DNA from: Camelus dromedarius
Lineage: Eukaryota
NCBI RefSeq assembly: GCF_036321535.1
Contig: NC_087436.1
Span: 118,174,001-118,238,000, forward strand
Length of the DNA stretch: 64,000 bases
Direction: 5' to 3'
Numbering within the stretch: position 1 is the first letter of the stretch; each line of letters starts with the position of its first letter. A program made the translations under genes and the position numbers. Below, one piece after another: positions 26,090 to 38,149 of the stretch. Under the pieces are notes generated by a model. The model was not told the origin of the DNA. It worked only from the letters and a program-made list of their open reading frames with translations, and made no database searches.

Positions 26090-26440
26090 CAGCAGATCTG
26101 CATTTTATGAGCAGAAAAAGCACCGAGGGTTGCTGACAGCTGCGATGGTCTTGACAGTGTCAGGGGCAGACATATTCAAATGCAATTAAAAACCGCAAAT
26201 ATACTAATCAAATGTAAATGAGCAGCAGCCAACAATTACTGGTGCATGTACACTTAGCACACATGGTAATTTAGCGGGAGGCATAGCCGCTCGCTCCGTT
26301 TCATTGCCTCTAACAAATTGCTGCCGCCCCGCCCCCCCGCTCCCGCCCTCTCCTCCTCTTCGCCGCTAACGATTTCCACGCCGCGATCGTCCACGCTCTC
26401 TGTTGGCAGACAAGAGCCTAATTAGCTGGACTCTCTCAGA
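26090..26440. promoter_or_regulatory. Candidate conserved developmental enhancer
   Basis: Non-repetitive block with clustered TGACAG, CAATTA/CTAATTAG, AACAAT and GC-box motifs, and locally retained CpGs. Confidence 0.5.
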
Positions 26441-28559
26441 GCCAGGATGAGTCTGGTTTTGGCTCAGAAGAGGAGCTACCCCGCAGCCTGCCTGGGGCTG
26501 GCGGGCAGGAGCAGCCGGAGAACTTGGTGTCCTCTCTCTTTTGCCGACAAATGGTGCTGCTCATGGAAAATGAGAATCGTCTTCTCGAACAAGCACTAAG
26601 CGGCCGCTGTGTGTCAGGCCCTGCGCTGGGCACCCGGGGGCCAGAGCTGCCTCGGTTCACGCCTTCATTTGTCTGCCAGTCATTTCAGTCTGCATCCGTG
26701 GAGCACTCACTTCCCTCTTCTCCCGCTTATCTTGGGCCCAACCCCCATCTCCTTTCCCCACTTGAGCTTGGGTAGATGATTTAGATCGTTTGGTTGTCTT
26801 TTATCCAGAATGTTCACATCCTTGGAGTGCGAGAGAGTTCACCCCACTTCACCTCGGTGCCCCAGACTCTCTTCATGTCAGTAGACTTCTTACTGGCAGC
26901 TCTTGGCCCCTAAACTAGAGCATGTCGGTCAAAACCACATACACCCAAACCTGCAATGTGTCCCTAAGCCAAGCAAGCCATCCAGAAGCTGGGGCTCAGA
27001 CCTGAGAGGAGGACTAGTCTGCGCCGCACCTCAGAGGAGAGCTCTTCAAGGCTGAGGTGTCCACAGGGAACAGAACTCGGCGAAGGGGCTCGCCTGCCGC
27101 CTCTGGCTTGTGTTCAGCCCCTGCAGTCTTGGGTGGGAATGTGCTTCCTGAACCGGTAGGAATAGATACCCAAGATGAGAATGACCAAGGCAACAGAATG
27201 CTCAGCAAGGGAAGAGTGGCCTTTCACAAACACAGATCTGTTGGTGTCACTCTGCTGATTCAGGCTTTTAATTTGCTCCCCAAGACTTTGGGGCTCAGGT
27301 GCAAATCCCTCGACTGGCCGAGAAGACCCTTTCAGTCTGACCGTATTCCCCTCTGCTGTCTTGGCTCTGCACGCAGCCTGTGCCCCAGCCTCTCAGCATT
27401 GCTCGCATTCCCCAAATTCTTCGTGCTCTTTCCCCTGACCTTCGTGCCTGCAGTCATCTCTTCCTTTCTCCCTCCCTCATCTTCGTGGAAGCTCCTCCCT
27501 CTCTAAGACGTGGTTAAACACTTGTAACAATTGTAAACAACTTAACACGATGGTGAACGTTCCAGGAGAAGGTCGGTTAAATGTAGAACACAACTTACAA
27601 TGTTAAAAATGGCTACGTGGACTCAGACACGCAGGAAGAGCTGGCAAGGATACATGGTTAAGTATTAAAGAAAACGTCCTGTAGAACAACATGTGTAACA
27701 GGATCCCACCTTCGTGGAAGATGCCTAGAGAGGACTTAGCATGGGAAGGTCTGGCGGGAAAGACACAGTCGTAATGGTTACAGAGCTCATCTCTGAATGA
27801 TTGGTTCTAGGTTGGGGTTCACTTAATACTCAGTGCTTTTCTATTTTCTAATTTTTTTCCACAATGAACCTCTATTACTTTAATCATCAGAGCAAAGCCA
27901 TCGAGTTACACCTTTGTGAAGACTTAGCACAAATGTCAGCCCCACTCTGAAGCCCTCCCTGGCCGCTCCCCACCAGCCCTAAGGAGTTGGTGGTCTCCTG
28001 CCCACACCTCTGTTTTAGCACTTTATTAACCTGGTTGGTGGAGCCCTGTTCTACTGGACAGTGAGCTCCTGAAGGGCAGTGTCAACACGACTAGGGGCTC
28101 AGAAGATGTTTACTGATGTGAATTGATGCTCACCAAGGCAGTGAGGAAGGAGAGCCGTCTCACTGGACCCACTTGGATCAACACGGGCTCATCTGTTTCG
28201 TATGTATCATCAGGGTGTATCTCATACTTGGCTTTGCTTCTCACTGGGCAGTCACCCTAGATGATTAGAAGACCTCATTCCACTCGGTCTCCTGAGGTCA
28301 GGGCGGGGATCTCAGCTGGTGCATTTCCATCCGTCTCTCCCTGCGGAACTCTGTGACATGTCAGCGTTTGTTGCAGCATCAATGATGTCTGTCCCCTCAG
28401 AGAAATGCAGAAGATGTTCTACTTATTAGCCGCAAAACACAAGTGCCACAGAGCTCACCTCCATCCCTTTGTGCAAGATCCCCTGGCCTGCGAATCACCA
28501 CGCCACGGAGAGTAAACAGTGGTCACGAGAGCGTGTCTTTATATGGGATGGCTTTGTTC

Positions 28560-29920
28560 TTTTCTTTTTCTGAAGCAGTGTGCACATATCTTAAGTGTAC
28601 TGTTGGATTTTGATGCCTTAATAAGTTTAATTAGTTTTGACAAAGGTACCCATGTAGCCCACACTCTTATCAAGATACAGAACATTGCTATCACCCCCAG
28701 ATTTCTTTATGCACCTCCCTTGTCAATCTCCATCAGTACCTTCCAGGAAATCACTGTTCTTTTCTCTATCACCATAGTTTAGTTTGGCTTATTCTAGAAT
28801 TTCATATGAACGGAAAGCTTGTGCCTGGCTTCTTTCAGGCAACATGCTTTTGAGATTCAGTCATATCATGGTGTGTAACGTAGTTCATTCCTTCTTGTTA
28901 CTGTCTAGTGTTCTGCTGTACGAAAATACCACACTCGATTGTCCATTATTCTGTTGAGAGACATTTGCTGTTTCCAGTTTGGGGCTATTATGAGAAAGGC
29001 TACTTGAGCATTCTTGTAAAGGTCTTTTCATGAACATATGCTTTCATTTCTATTGGGTAAACATTTAGGAAGGAGTTGAATCGTTCAACTTTATAAGAAG
29101 CTGCCAAAGAGTTTTCCAAAGTTACTGTAAAATTTGTCACTACTAGTGGCAATTTTTCCCCAGTTTTGTTGAGATGTAATTGGTCTGCAACGCTGAGTGT
29201 TGAAGGTGCACATCATACTGACTTGACTTACGTACGTTGTGAATTGACGACCGCAAGTGGCCGTTTATGAGCATTCTGCTTGTTCCACGTCCTTTTCAAC
29301 ATTTGGCGTCATCAGTCTTCTTAACTGTAGCTGTTCTAGGCACGTGTGTGCTGGTATTTCCTCATGGCTTTAATTTCCTTTCCTCTGATAACTAATGATG
29401 TTGGGAACTTTTCATCTACTTATTCATATTTATAGCTCTCTTTTTTGTGTGTGAAGTGTCTGCCCAAGTCTTTTGCATTTTTAAAATTGAGTTATTTGTT
29501 TTTTTAAATCATTGAGTTATAAATGTTCTTTAATAAATTCTGGATGGGAGGTCTTGGTCAGTTATACACTGCCAATATTTTTTTCATAGTCTGTGACTTG
29601 CTTTCTATTTTCCATTTAGTATTAACGATGAGTAAGAGTTCAGTTTGATGAACTGCAGCTGAGGAGCTTTCCTTCTTTATGTTCATTGCTTTTTATCCCC
29701 TAAGAATTCTTCCTTGCCGCAGATCACAGAGAGTTTTCCGGGATTCTTCTAGAATATACATTCAATGTGTAGCTCTACTATCTACCTCAGATTATCTTTT
29801 ATGTATGGTGTGAGGTAGTGATTGATATTTCTTTTATCTCGTATGGAAAACCAGTTGTTCCAGCCCTAAATGTTGAAAAACTTTCCTTTCTCCACTGACT
29901 TTCTTTGGCTCTTTGTTAGA
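28560..29920 (-). mobile_element. Old L1 3' region with a small nested L1 terminus (~29152-29255)
   Basis: Antisense L1 motifs (ttccagtttggggctattatgagaaaggct; ttcctttcctctgataactaatgatgttg; tatggtgtgaggtag). Confidence 0.8.
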
Positions 29921-30829
29921 ATCTGGGAGATGGTGCAAAGCTACCATCTCAAAATTATACCACCTGAAAAGTGAGAATGTTTGTGTGACTCATAAGAGTA
30001 GTTGAAGGCTGCTTCTAAGAAAGTGTTCATTCTTGGATCTTCCAGTCTGCTGTACACATGGCCTCCTGCAGGTCCAGATCATTGTTCTTAGGCATAGAAG
30101 TACAGATACTGGCCATTAGAAGTACCTCATGACTAATTGAAATGGAAGGACCCAAGGCTTACAGGTGAGCATTGACACATTTACTAGAGAACTATAGTGC
30201 AAACATCCTGAGTCGCACCATGATCATCGAGGTGCTTCTAAGGTGTCTTGGCACGTATTAACTTAAAATTGAATGTGCAATCAAATTTCCCCACAATCTC
30301 GTAACTCCAAATTGACTTTTGATATTTTTTTGCTCCTGTTCATTGCAGTATGTGCCCATACAGACCTTCTTCTGTGTGGAGTGACTGTCCTAGACTTTGC
30401 ATATTTGTTCTCTTTATTTTCCGCTTGACAGTATATCTCAAGTGCCTTCCCTGTAATTACATAGTGTCAGTTTTAATAGCAGCATTATATCCCATAATGT
30501 GGATGTACCAAAATGTACTTACCCATTCTCCTGTTGTTAGACAATAAGATCAGCTCCAATGTTTGATAATATATAAAATGATGAGCACCTTTATACATAA
30601 ACATTTTTTTTCTTATTTTGACTTAGTTCTGTAGGGCAACTTCCTAATTCTTGGATTCCTGCAGGGGAAGGATAGACAGATGGCTACTTTAGTCTGCTGA
30701 TACACGTGTAGTCCCCTGATAATACATATGCATTCAGCGGGTTTTAGATTTAAACCAAAGATGCTACAGTGAATTTTATTAATAATTTTTAATTACTTAA
30801 TGTCAATAATAACAAAGACATCAACAATA

Positions 30830-31160
30830 TTTGGAGACAGCTTATTGTGTTTGGATTTTGACAAAACATATTCAGAGCTGGCTCAAGTCTGTCCCCGGAG
30901 AAATTAACTTTTTGAGATAGTACAGTTACAAAACTCTCTTTGCAAACTGAGCATATAATGTGGGGTTAACGTAAACAGTTATCTTCAGAGCCACACGAAG
31001 CTCTCCAGGGAGGACCTGAGGGTAAAAGGGTTAGGTCTGGCTTCAAAGAAGATCTTAATTAATGATCTGGAAGACTGGGACAGCTGCTGGTTAATTAAAT
31101 TGACAGATGGGACTCAACTGGGAGGTGGTGTGAACTCTGGGAAAAGGTGAAGAAATTAGA
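30830..31160 (+). mobile_element. CR1/L3 LINE reverse-transcriptase fossil
   Basis: From 31052 it translates as ILINDLEDWDSCWLIKLTDGTQLGGGVN, matching the CR1 RT core IFINDL..G....L.KFADDTKLGG. Around 30842 LLCLDFDKT matches the CR1 YLDFSKAFD motif. Confidence 0.75.
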
Positions 31161-32769
31161 TAAAGAACTCCGCTGCAATCGCCAAGGAGCACAGAGTGAA
31201 AGTGAAAATGTGCAGTAGTCCGAATCAGAATAATTTGATCTCATATATTAATACAGTGTTTTGCCCCAGTCACAGCTCTCTTCTAGCATGGTTTGCTTAA
31301 AGGAGCATTGAGTCTGGAACGGCAATCTGGGTATACGGACCTTCCCTCCACCTTTGTGACCTCCAGCAATTCCCTTTGACCTGTCTGGGGTTCAGCCTCC
31401 TGTCTGTACACTGCGGGTAATGGTTATACTGACTTTGCACAGTGAAATAACAGGAGGAAGGTGAAACTGCTTGGTCAACTCTAAAGTTACTTTGCTTGTA
31501 ATTTTTTTCAACCCCTGGCATCTTTTTATGAACTTTGACTTTATAGTTTTAAATATATTTTGCCCACTTTAGAGAAAATAAAGACCAAGCAGAGAGCTCC
31601 CTATCTCAATTGCCCAAATTCTCTGGGGTCCATAGGACCAAGATGGGACCTAAGAGATAGGTTCCTGAACCATGAAGCCAAGATGGCGTAGAATGCCTGG
31701 ATGGAGGACTTTATACAGAAAATGTGTTTTGTTTGCTAAAGAGCAAACCACGTTTTTAATCATCTTGTTGAAACTGTGAGTGAGGAAGATCTGAAAGATT
31801 CCCAGTGAGTAGTAGGTACTAAACAGGAATGAATGGTCCAGTATCCATTATGGCTGAGTCAGTGGGTGCAACGCCACTGACGTTCTCTTAAATTCAGTCC
31901 AATCTTTAATTTTTAAAGTTGAATAAAAGTGTTTATTACAGACTGTGACCTTGATTTCTTCGCACTCACCATTTTCCATAGGTTTCTCAGCAGAGGGCCC
32001 AATTCTTTGACAAGGAGGGGATTGTGTGTGCCTAAGACTGATGTCTGGGGAGGGAAGGGCTACTGTATCACTGACATGGCTAACAGCAGCTCCCCTGGGA
32101 GAGAGTGGGAAGATGAGAGCTTCCTCCTATCTCAGGAAAGGAAACAAAGTCTCGGGGAGATTAAATGACTTGCCCACCATCACACAGCAAGTCACACAGC
32201 TGGGACAGAAATCAAGTTCATCCAAGTAGTCTGGTAATGCACTTCTCACAGCCAAATGTGGAGAGAACAAATTACACCAGAATGTGGGGGAAGGAAACTG
32301 AAAAATGGTTCCGCTTATTATTGTAAATGGCAACCCACTCCAAAGAGATACTGTGTGTACTGCTTTTTGTCGTGGAAAGAAAACATCTGAATCCAGCATC
32401 CATTTCTGTGCCCCATCATCTCTGGAAGGAAATGGTGGCAGCCACCAAACAGCTTGCAGCTCTGTCGTTTCCCTTTTTGGGGCGAGAGAGTGAGGAGGAT
32501 GGCTGGGCTCCACGGGAGCGGCTTGCCAGCAAGGCCTGGGGTGTGACGCTGGGAGGATGCCTTGGACTAGGTGCAGGACAGCAGTAGGTTCAGGAGCCAT
32601 TCCGTCCAGATTGCCAGCAGCCTGTGGGCTGAACACACTCTGCAGATAGATGCAAGGAAGAGTGAGCCAATTTCTCTAATGTTTGTCGTTCTTCATTCTA
32701 GAGAGAGGAAAGTAAAGAAAGTTTCACATGGATATCTCTGTGTGTTTGAGTACCATTTCCCCACTCTGC

Positions 32770-33200
32770 TCCACACCTCGCCTCTGACGTATAAGACGCT
32801 ATCTGATCTGGCCCCTGCCTGCCTTTCTCTCTATTGCTGCTTGCCAGTCACTCCGGCTCTCGTTCTGCACTGCAGTGTGCTGAGCTCACTCCCCGCTCAG
32901 GTCTTTGTGCTTGAATCTCTCTGCCTGCAGTGCCTTTCCCCAGGACCTCTGCATGATCCCCTCCTCCTCAGAGATGCATTCCCTGACCAGTCTCTGTAAG
33001 ATCCTTTTCAGTCCCTGTTGATCACTCTCATTTGCCTAACACTATCTAAAATTGTCTCATTTATGTATTTTTTTTTTTGCTTTATGTTAGTTGGCTGTCA
33101 TCCCCCACTAGACTAAAGTCATGAGAGCAGAGGTCCTTCTACCCTGTTCACTATACATTCCTAGCACCTAGAACATTCCATAGTCATGAATTCCATCCAG
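32770..33200 (+). mobile_element. L2 3' fragment
   Basis: tgatctggcccctgcctgcc...cccccactagactaaagtcatgagagcag...cctagcacctagaaca. Confidence 0.7.
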
Positions 33201-33219
33201 AATGCAGGATAAAGTCTCC

Positions 33220-34725
33220 TACTTCTGACCAAGATAGAGTGAGAGAGACCAAATTTATCTTCCTGCCTGAAACAACCAAAGAAAGGAAAAATTATAGGAA
33301 ACATACAAGGACCTTAAAAGTTATTGTAACTGTATTCCATAAGTTCAAAGTGGAGACAGGGAAAATATAAAAAGAAAAAGACCTGAATCAAACTTCTAGA
33401 ATTGAAAACTAAACTGTTTGTGTTGTAAATATACTGAATAGAATTAATATCACATTAGACATTGCAGGAAGAATGGTTAGTGAACTTGAAGACATACCAG
33501 TAGAGGGAATATTCCCTAGTTTAGTCTTTGAGTCTAACATTACCTTGTTGTGAAAACCAGACAAAGACATTACAAGAAAAGAAAATTGCAGACCAATGTC
33601 TCTCAGGAATGCTGATGCAAAAATTATTTTAAAATTTTAGAAAATCAAATTCAGTAATACATAAAATGGTAATACCTAATTTCCAAGTGATATTTATCCC
33701 AGGGATTCCAAATTGGTTTAACATTTGAAAAGCAACCAATATAACTCACCATATAAGAATGCTGAAAAGGAAATGCAGAAACAGCATTTAACAATATCCA
33801 ACATCCATTCCTGGTTAAAAAAAAAAAAGCAAGCAAACAAACAAAACTTTTAACAACCTTGGAGTAGAAGGGAACTTCCTCAACCTCCAAAAAGGGCATA
33901 TATAGAAAATCTATAGATATTGTATTTAATGGAGAATAATTGAATGTTTCCCCCTAAAATGTGGAACAAGACAAGAATATCTACTCTCACTACTTACATT
34001 AAACATTATACTGGAGGTTTTAGCCAGTGCAATAAGGCAAGAAAAAGAAATAGAAAGCATTCAGATTGGAAAGATTGAAAACAACTCTTAATTTGCAAGT
34101 GACAGATTATGTTGTTTATATCAAAAATTTGATAGAATCGACATAAAAATTACTAGACCTAATAGGTGAACTTAGTAGGGATCCTTCCAGACAAGATCAA
34201 TTAAAAATGTATCATATTTCTATATATTAGCAGCAAACATTTAGAAATTAAAAAATTTTTAAATACCAGTTATAATAGTATCAAAAATATGAAATACTTA
34301 GGGATAAATCTGAATAAACATGTAAAAGACATATACATCCAACACCACAAAACATTGCTGAAGAAGACTAAAAATATATGGTGAGATAGATCTTCCTCAT
34401 GGGTCTTAAAACTCGGTATTGCCAAGGTGTCAATTCTTGCCAAATGGATCCACAGATTCAACACAATCTCAGTCAAAACCTCAGCAAGCTCTTAGGTAGA
34501 AATTGACAAACTGCTTCTAAAATATATGTGGAAATGGAAGGCACCTAGGATAGCCAAGACAACTTTAAAAATTAAGAGCATAGTTACAAAACTAATTTCA
34601 AGACTTACAAATATACAGGAATCAAGACACACTGTGTTGGTATCAACACAGACAAATCAATGGAATAGAATAGAAAGTCCAAAAATAGATACACAAGTAT
34701 ATGGTCAGTTGGTTTTTGACAAGAC
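33220..34725 (+). mobile_element. Old L1 (5' remnant plus ORF2 RT/C-terminal fragments)
   Basis: Degenerate ORF2: aaaccagacaaagacattacaagaaaagaaaattgcagaccaat; ggaacaagacaagaatatctactctcac; WKWKAPRIAKT..K; QWNRIESPKID..YGQLVFDK. Confidence 0.88.
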
Positions 34726-37700
34726 CTCTGTTCTCATGGGTAACCTTCTAATGGGAGGGGGTGGACTATATTCAGGTAAAACAAATACACCGATTATGTA
34801 ACATTAAATAGTGACGTGGTTTCACCTTAGTCACTGCCTGTCTAACCTTCGTGTTCTTTCATTATCATGAGAGTGAACTGATCCTGTTCCAGTTTGTCAT
34901 CATATTTTATGATAATTATGTTTAGCCATGATTTCAAGAGTCTGTTGTTTTCATTTTATTTAAAACTGCCACTAATCAACGTTGATGCAGATATCTTCTT
35001 CCTGTGGTTCCTGTCTGGTGCTCTCTGACTCTCTTCATGTCTGGGTGGGAGGGGAATGAGAAAAAGGCTTCTCGGAGGAGGTGCACTCGCTCCCAAGATT
35101 GCTTTGCCGCTTTGCCATCCCTGCAAACCCTCCACGAATCCTTCCCTTGCTAACTCACTGTAGCTACGATGTCGTCTCTGTGGCTGTTACCATTGTATAC
35201 TCATCAGTTTCTGCAGCAGCTGCTGTCCAGTAGGTGCTTTGGAAACGTTGGACGAATGCGTGGAGGGATGAATGGGGCTTTAGGGCTGAGTTGAGATGTT
35301 CTGGGCGAGCCGCCTTGGGAAGAAGCACCACTGAGCTGTTCACTTTGAGCACGGCTGGGACCCGGGTCATTGGTGGGGTGAAGAGAAAGGTGGGCTTGAA
35401 GAAAAGGCAGGGCCCACACTTGAGAAGTCAGGGAGAACCTCGTGAAGAATTTTCAGCATTTTAAACAGAACCTACTTTTCAGCCACGCATCAGTCTCCCC
35501 TACGCTTCCAGATGCCCCAGCACGTCACTTCTATCATCTGTTGTACGTACCCCAAAGCATCTCTTTCCACCTAAGAACAAAGTGAGAACACAGCTCACAT
35601 TTGAAAGGAATTTTTATCAACTTTTGATTCCTTTAAAAAGTATACAGACTTATTAGAATGCACATCCTACCTTGGGGAGTTCAGCGAGGGCCCCTCTCTC
35701 GATACACCGCCCTTGCCAAGCAAAGGATCCATTGCAAGTACATCCCCTGGGCTGCCCCTTGAAGGCAGAGAATTTGATGTTTCCAGGGTCTCTGATGTCA
35801 AATCTTGGAGGAATTCACTGAAAGGATTGTTGTACATCATGTAACAGCTTCTTTGCTGAGAAGAAAACAAAACGTCTTAAAAGACAGGCAGATTTTTCCC
35901 TTTCATGTATTATTTTAATGGAATAGGGGTTGCATCTATTTCTCAAACTACTTCCCCATGCATCTTCTCATATACTTAGCGATGTGCTATTATTTTTACA
36001 GTAATCGTATCACAAAGAAAGGAAGTGCAGCTCAAAGACTTGAAACACTTCCCCGGAGAGGCACAGCTGGCACGTGGTGGCACGTGGTCTCCACCTCTGC
36101 TATGTCCAGATCCCCAGCTCTGGTGTTTTTCTGCAGAACCACGTGGCCTCACAGTGAGAGCAGGAGCCTGTGGGGTTTTCCACTTCCCTCACTGATTGAC
36201 TCATATGGAGGGTACTCTATAAATACGTGTTTAATTGCCATTCGTTTGGACTAGTTCCCAGTGAGTATGAGTGCCAGACTTTGGATTGCTCCAGATGATC
36301 CTTCTCTCACTGAGTTTGTTCTCCCCCATTCCAAATCCTTGTAGTAAACATGGAGCATTCGAGAGCCAGACAGGTTTGTTTGCTTTTGTCCTTGTTTGTT
36401 GTTTCTTTTTAAAGATAGTGTATAGCAAGCATGTTCAGTTCTGCACTACAGGACGGTTGTGTTGCAGATGGCAGAGGGCAGAGACTCAGTGCCCATCTGG
36501 GCAGGATGGACTTCAACATGCCGACTTCATTTGAATCATTATTTGTGCAAGTGTGAATCTCCCTTGTAATTTTCAGTACAGGGCAGTGGAGGAACTATTA
36601 AAGAATAAGTCATTTCTAGAACAAGAAAGCTGTCTGGAGCATTTTTTTCTTACTCAGCCAATTCTTTCTCTTAAAATTGCCGTAGAAGACTTAGAGCAAC
36701 ACAATCAGAGGCAATTTTAGTTCAGTGCCAGTGGATCAGCTAACACAGATGTCAAGACACTGAAGCCTGATTCTTCCTTTACTTATAAGTGCGCTCTCAG
36801 ACCCATTGCCTCCATTTGTAGCGAGTGGATAAATCTGTTTCCACCTGCCTCCATGGCTGTGATGTGAAAATTAAAGGGAGGTGTTTTACTCACTCAAAAA
36901 AAAAATGATATAAAGGGCTGCACCTCATAGTTTATATCTCTGTAGCGCACCCATATATGGTCTTTTAGTGTTCAGATGGCCAAATTATTTAGGAGCTTTT
37001 AAATTGTATTTATCCTTTCATATTTGAAAAGGATGCACAGACAGATTTTTAAAGATGGTATGGTATGGACAACCTGTAATTGGGGCCTTTTTAACATTTC
37101 TTTCACCATCAATAAAAGTATTTCTGGCCACACTAAGCCTTGCCCGTCACTGAGGTATTCTTTAATTGTTTCTTCAGTGAGTTAATGAGTGAGTGACCTA
37201 GGGACTGTTTCTAAGCTTGATGTGACACCCTGCCACATATCCACCGTCTCTAGGATGCCCTGCATGAGAAAGACTGATCAAGAAGCCACACTTTGCAGTG
37301 CCTGTTGCTGCGGGCCAGTGATGAGGCAGATGAGGTGACTGACAAAGGGTCCCAGGGGTGGTGAGTGACCAGAAAAAAGGCTGCTGTTCAAGATGGCATG
37401 GCGGTCTCTCCTTAAGGCAAGGCAATGCACTAATAAAGGACATGAAAAGCCTCCCAATAAAAACACTGAGAAACGCAGGACAAAACGGATTTTAAAAATT
37501 ATTTTAAGTACAGAACTTAATTTGAAAGAAATGAAAATTTTCACGTGTGAGGAATAAGGCAGCCGCTGACAACCAGAGCATGAAAGATGTGAGCTGGCAC
37601 TACAGCTGCCCAGGGGCAGATGGGGACACTGGTCTCAGTTCCACTGGGACTTGGGGTTCAGCACCCACAGGGGTAGAAGATTAGACCGTGGGCAAATGCG

Positions 37701-38149
37701 AGACAGGGAGTATGAACTGAGTCTTCCACATAAACTGGGAACCTTCTGAAGGCTGTGCCATCATTGAGAAGTCAACCAGGAAAAAAAATCTGTCCATGAG
37801 CAAAGGAGACAACAAGGAAGTCTCTGATGGGCTCTGGAAAGAAAAAAAAATTTCACATGTGAATTTTAAATCTCAAGTATACGCCTCACCAGGGCTGGGT
37901 CTTGACTACGTATTACCAGTATTGTTACAGAGAAGTACTGCTGTATAAGAAACACCACTGTATACATTTTAAATTCTGCTAAACCAAGCAACACGTATTA
38001 GGTACATGCACAACTGTACTAAATCTATAAAATAGTAAGACAAGGATAAATAAAAAGTAAAAAGATAGTGGTTCCATCTGGGGGATGGAGGAGGATGTAA
38101 CTGAAGAGAGGTATGCAAAGACCTAGGTGCTGTTGGTCAGATTCTGATT

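Noticed and set aside
32127..32999. 169-aa and 142-aa ORFs
   Set aside because: They overlap MIR/L2 remnants and show no protein-like motifs.
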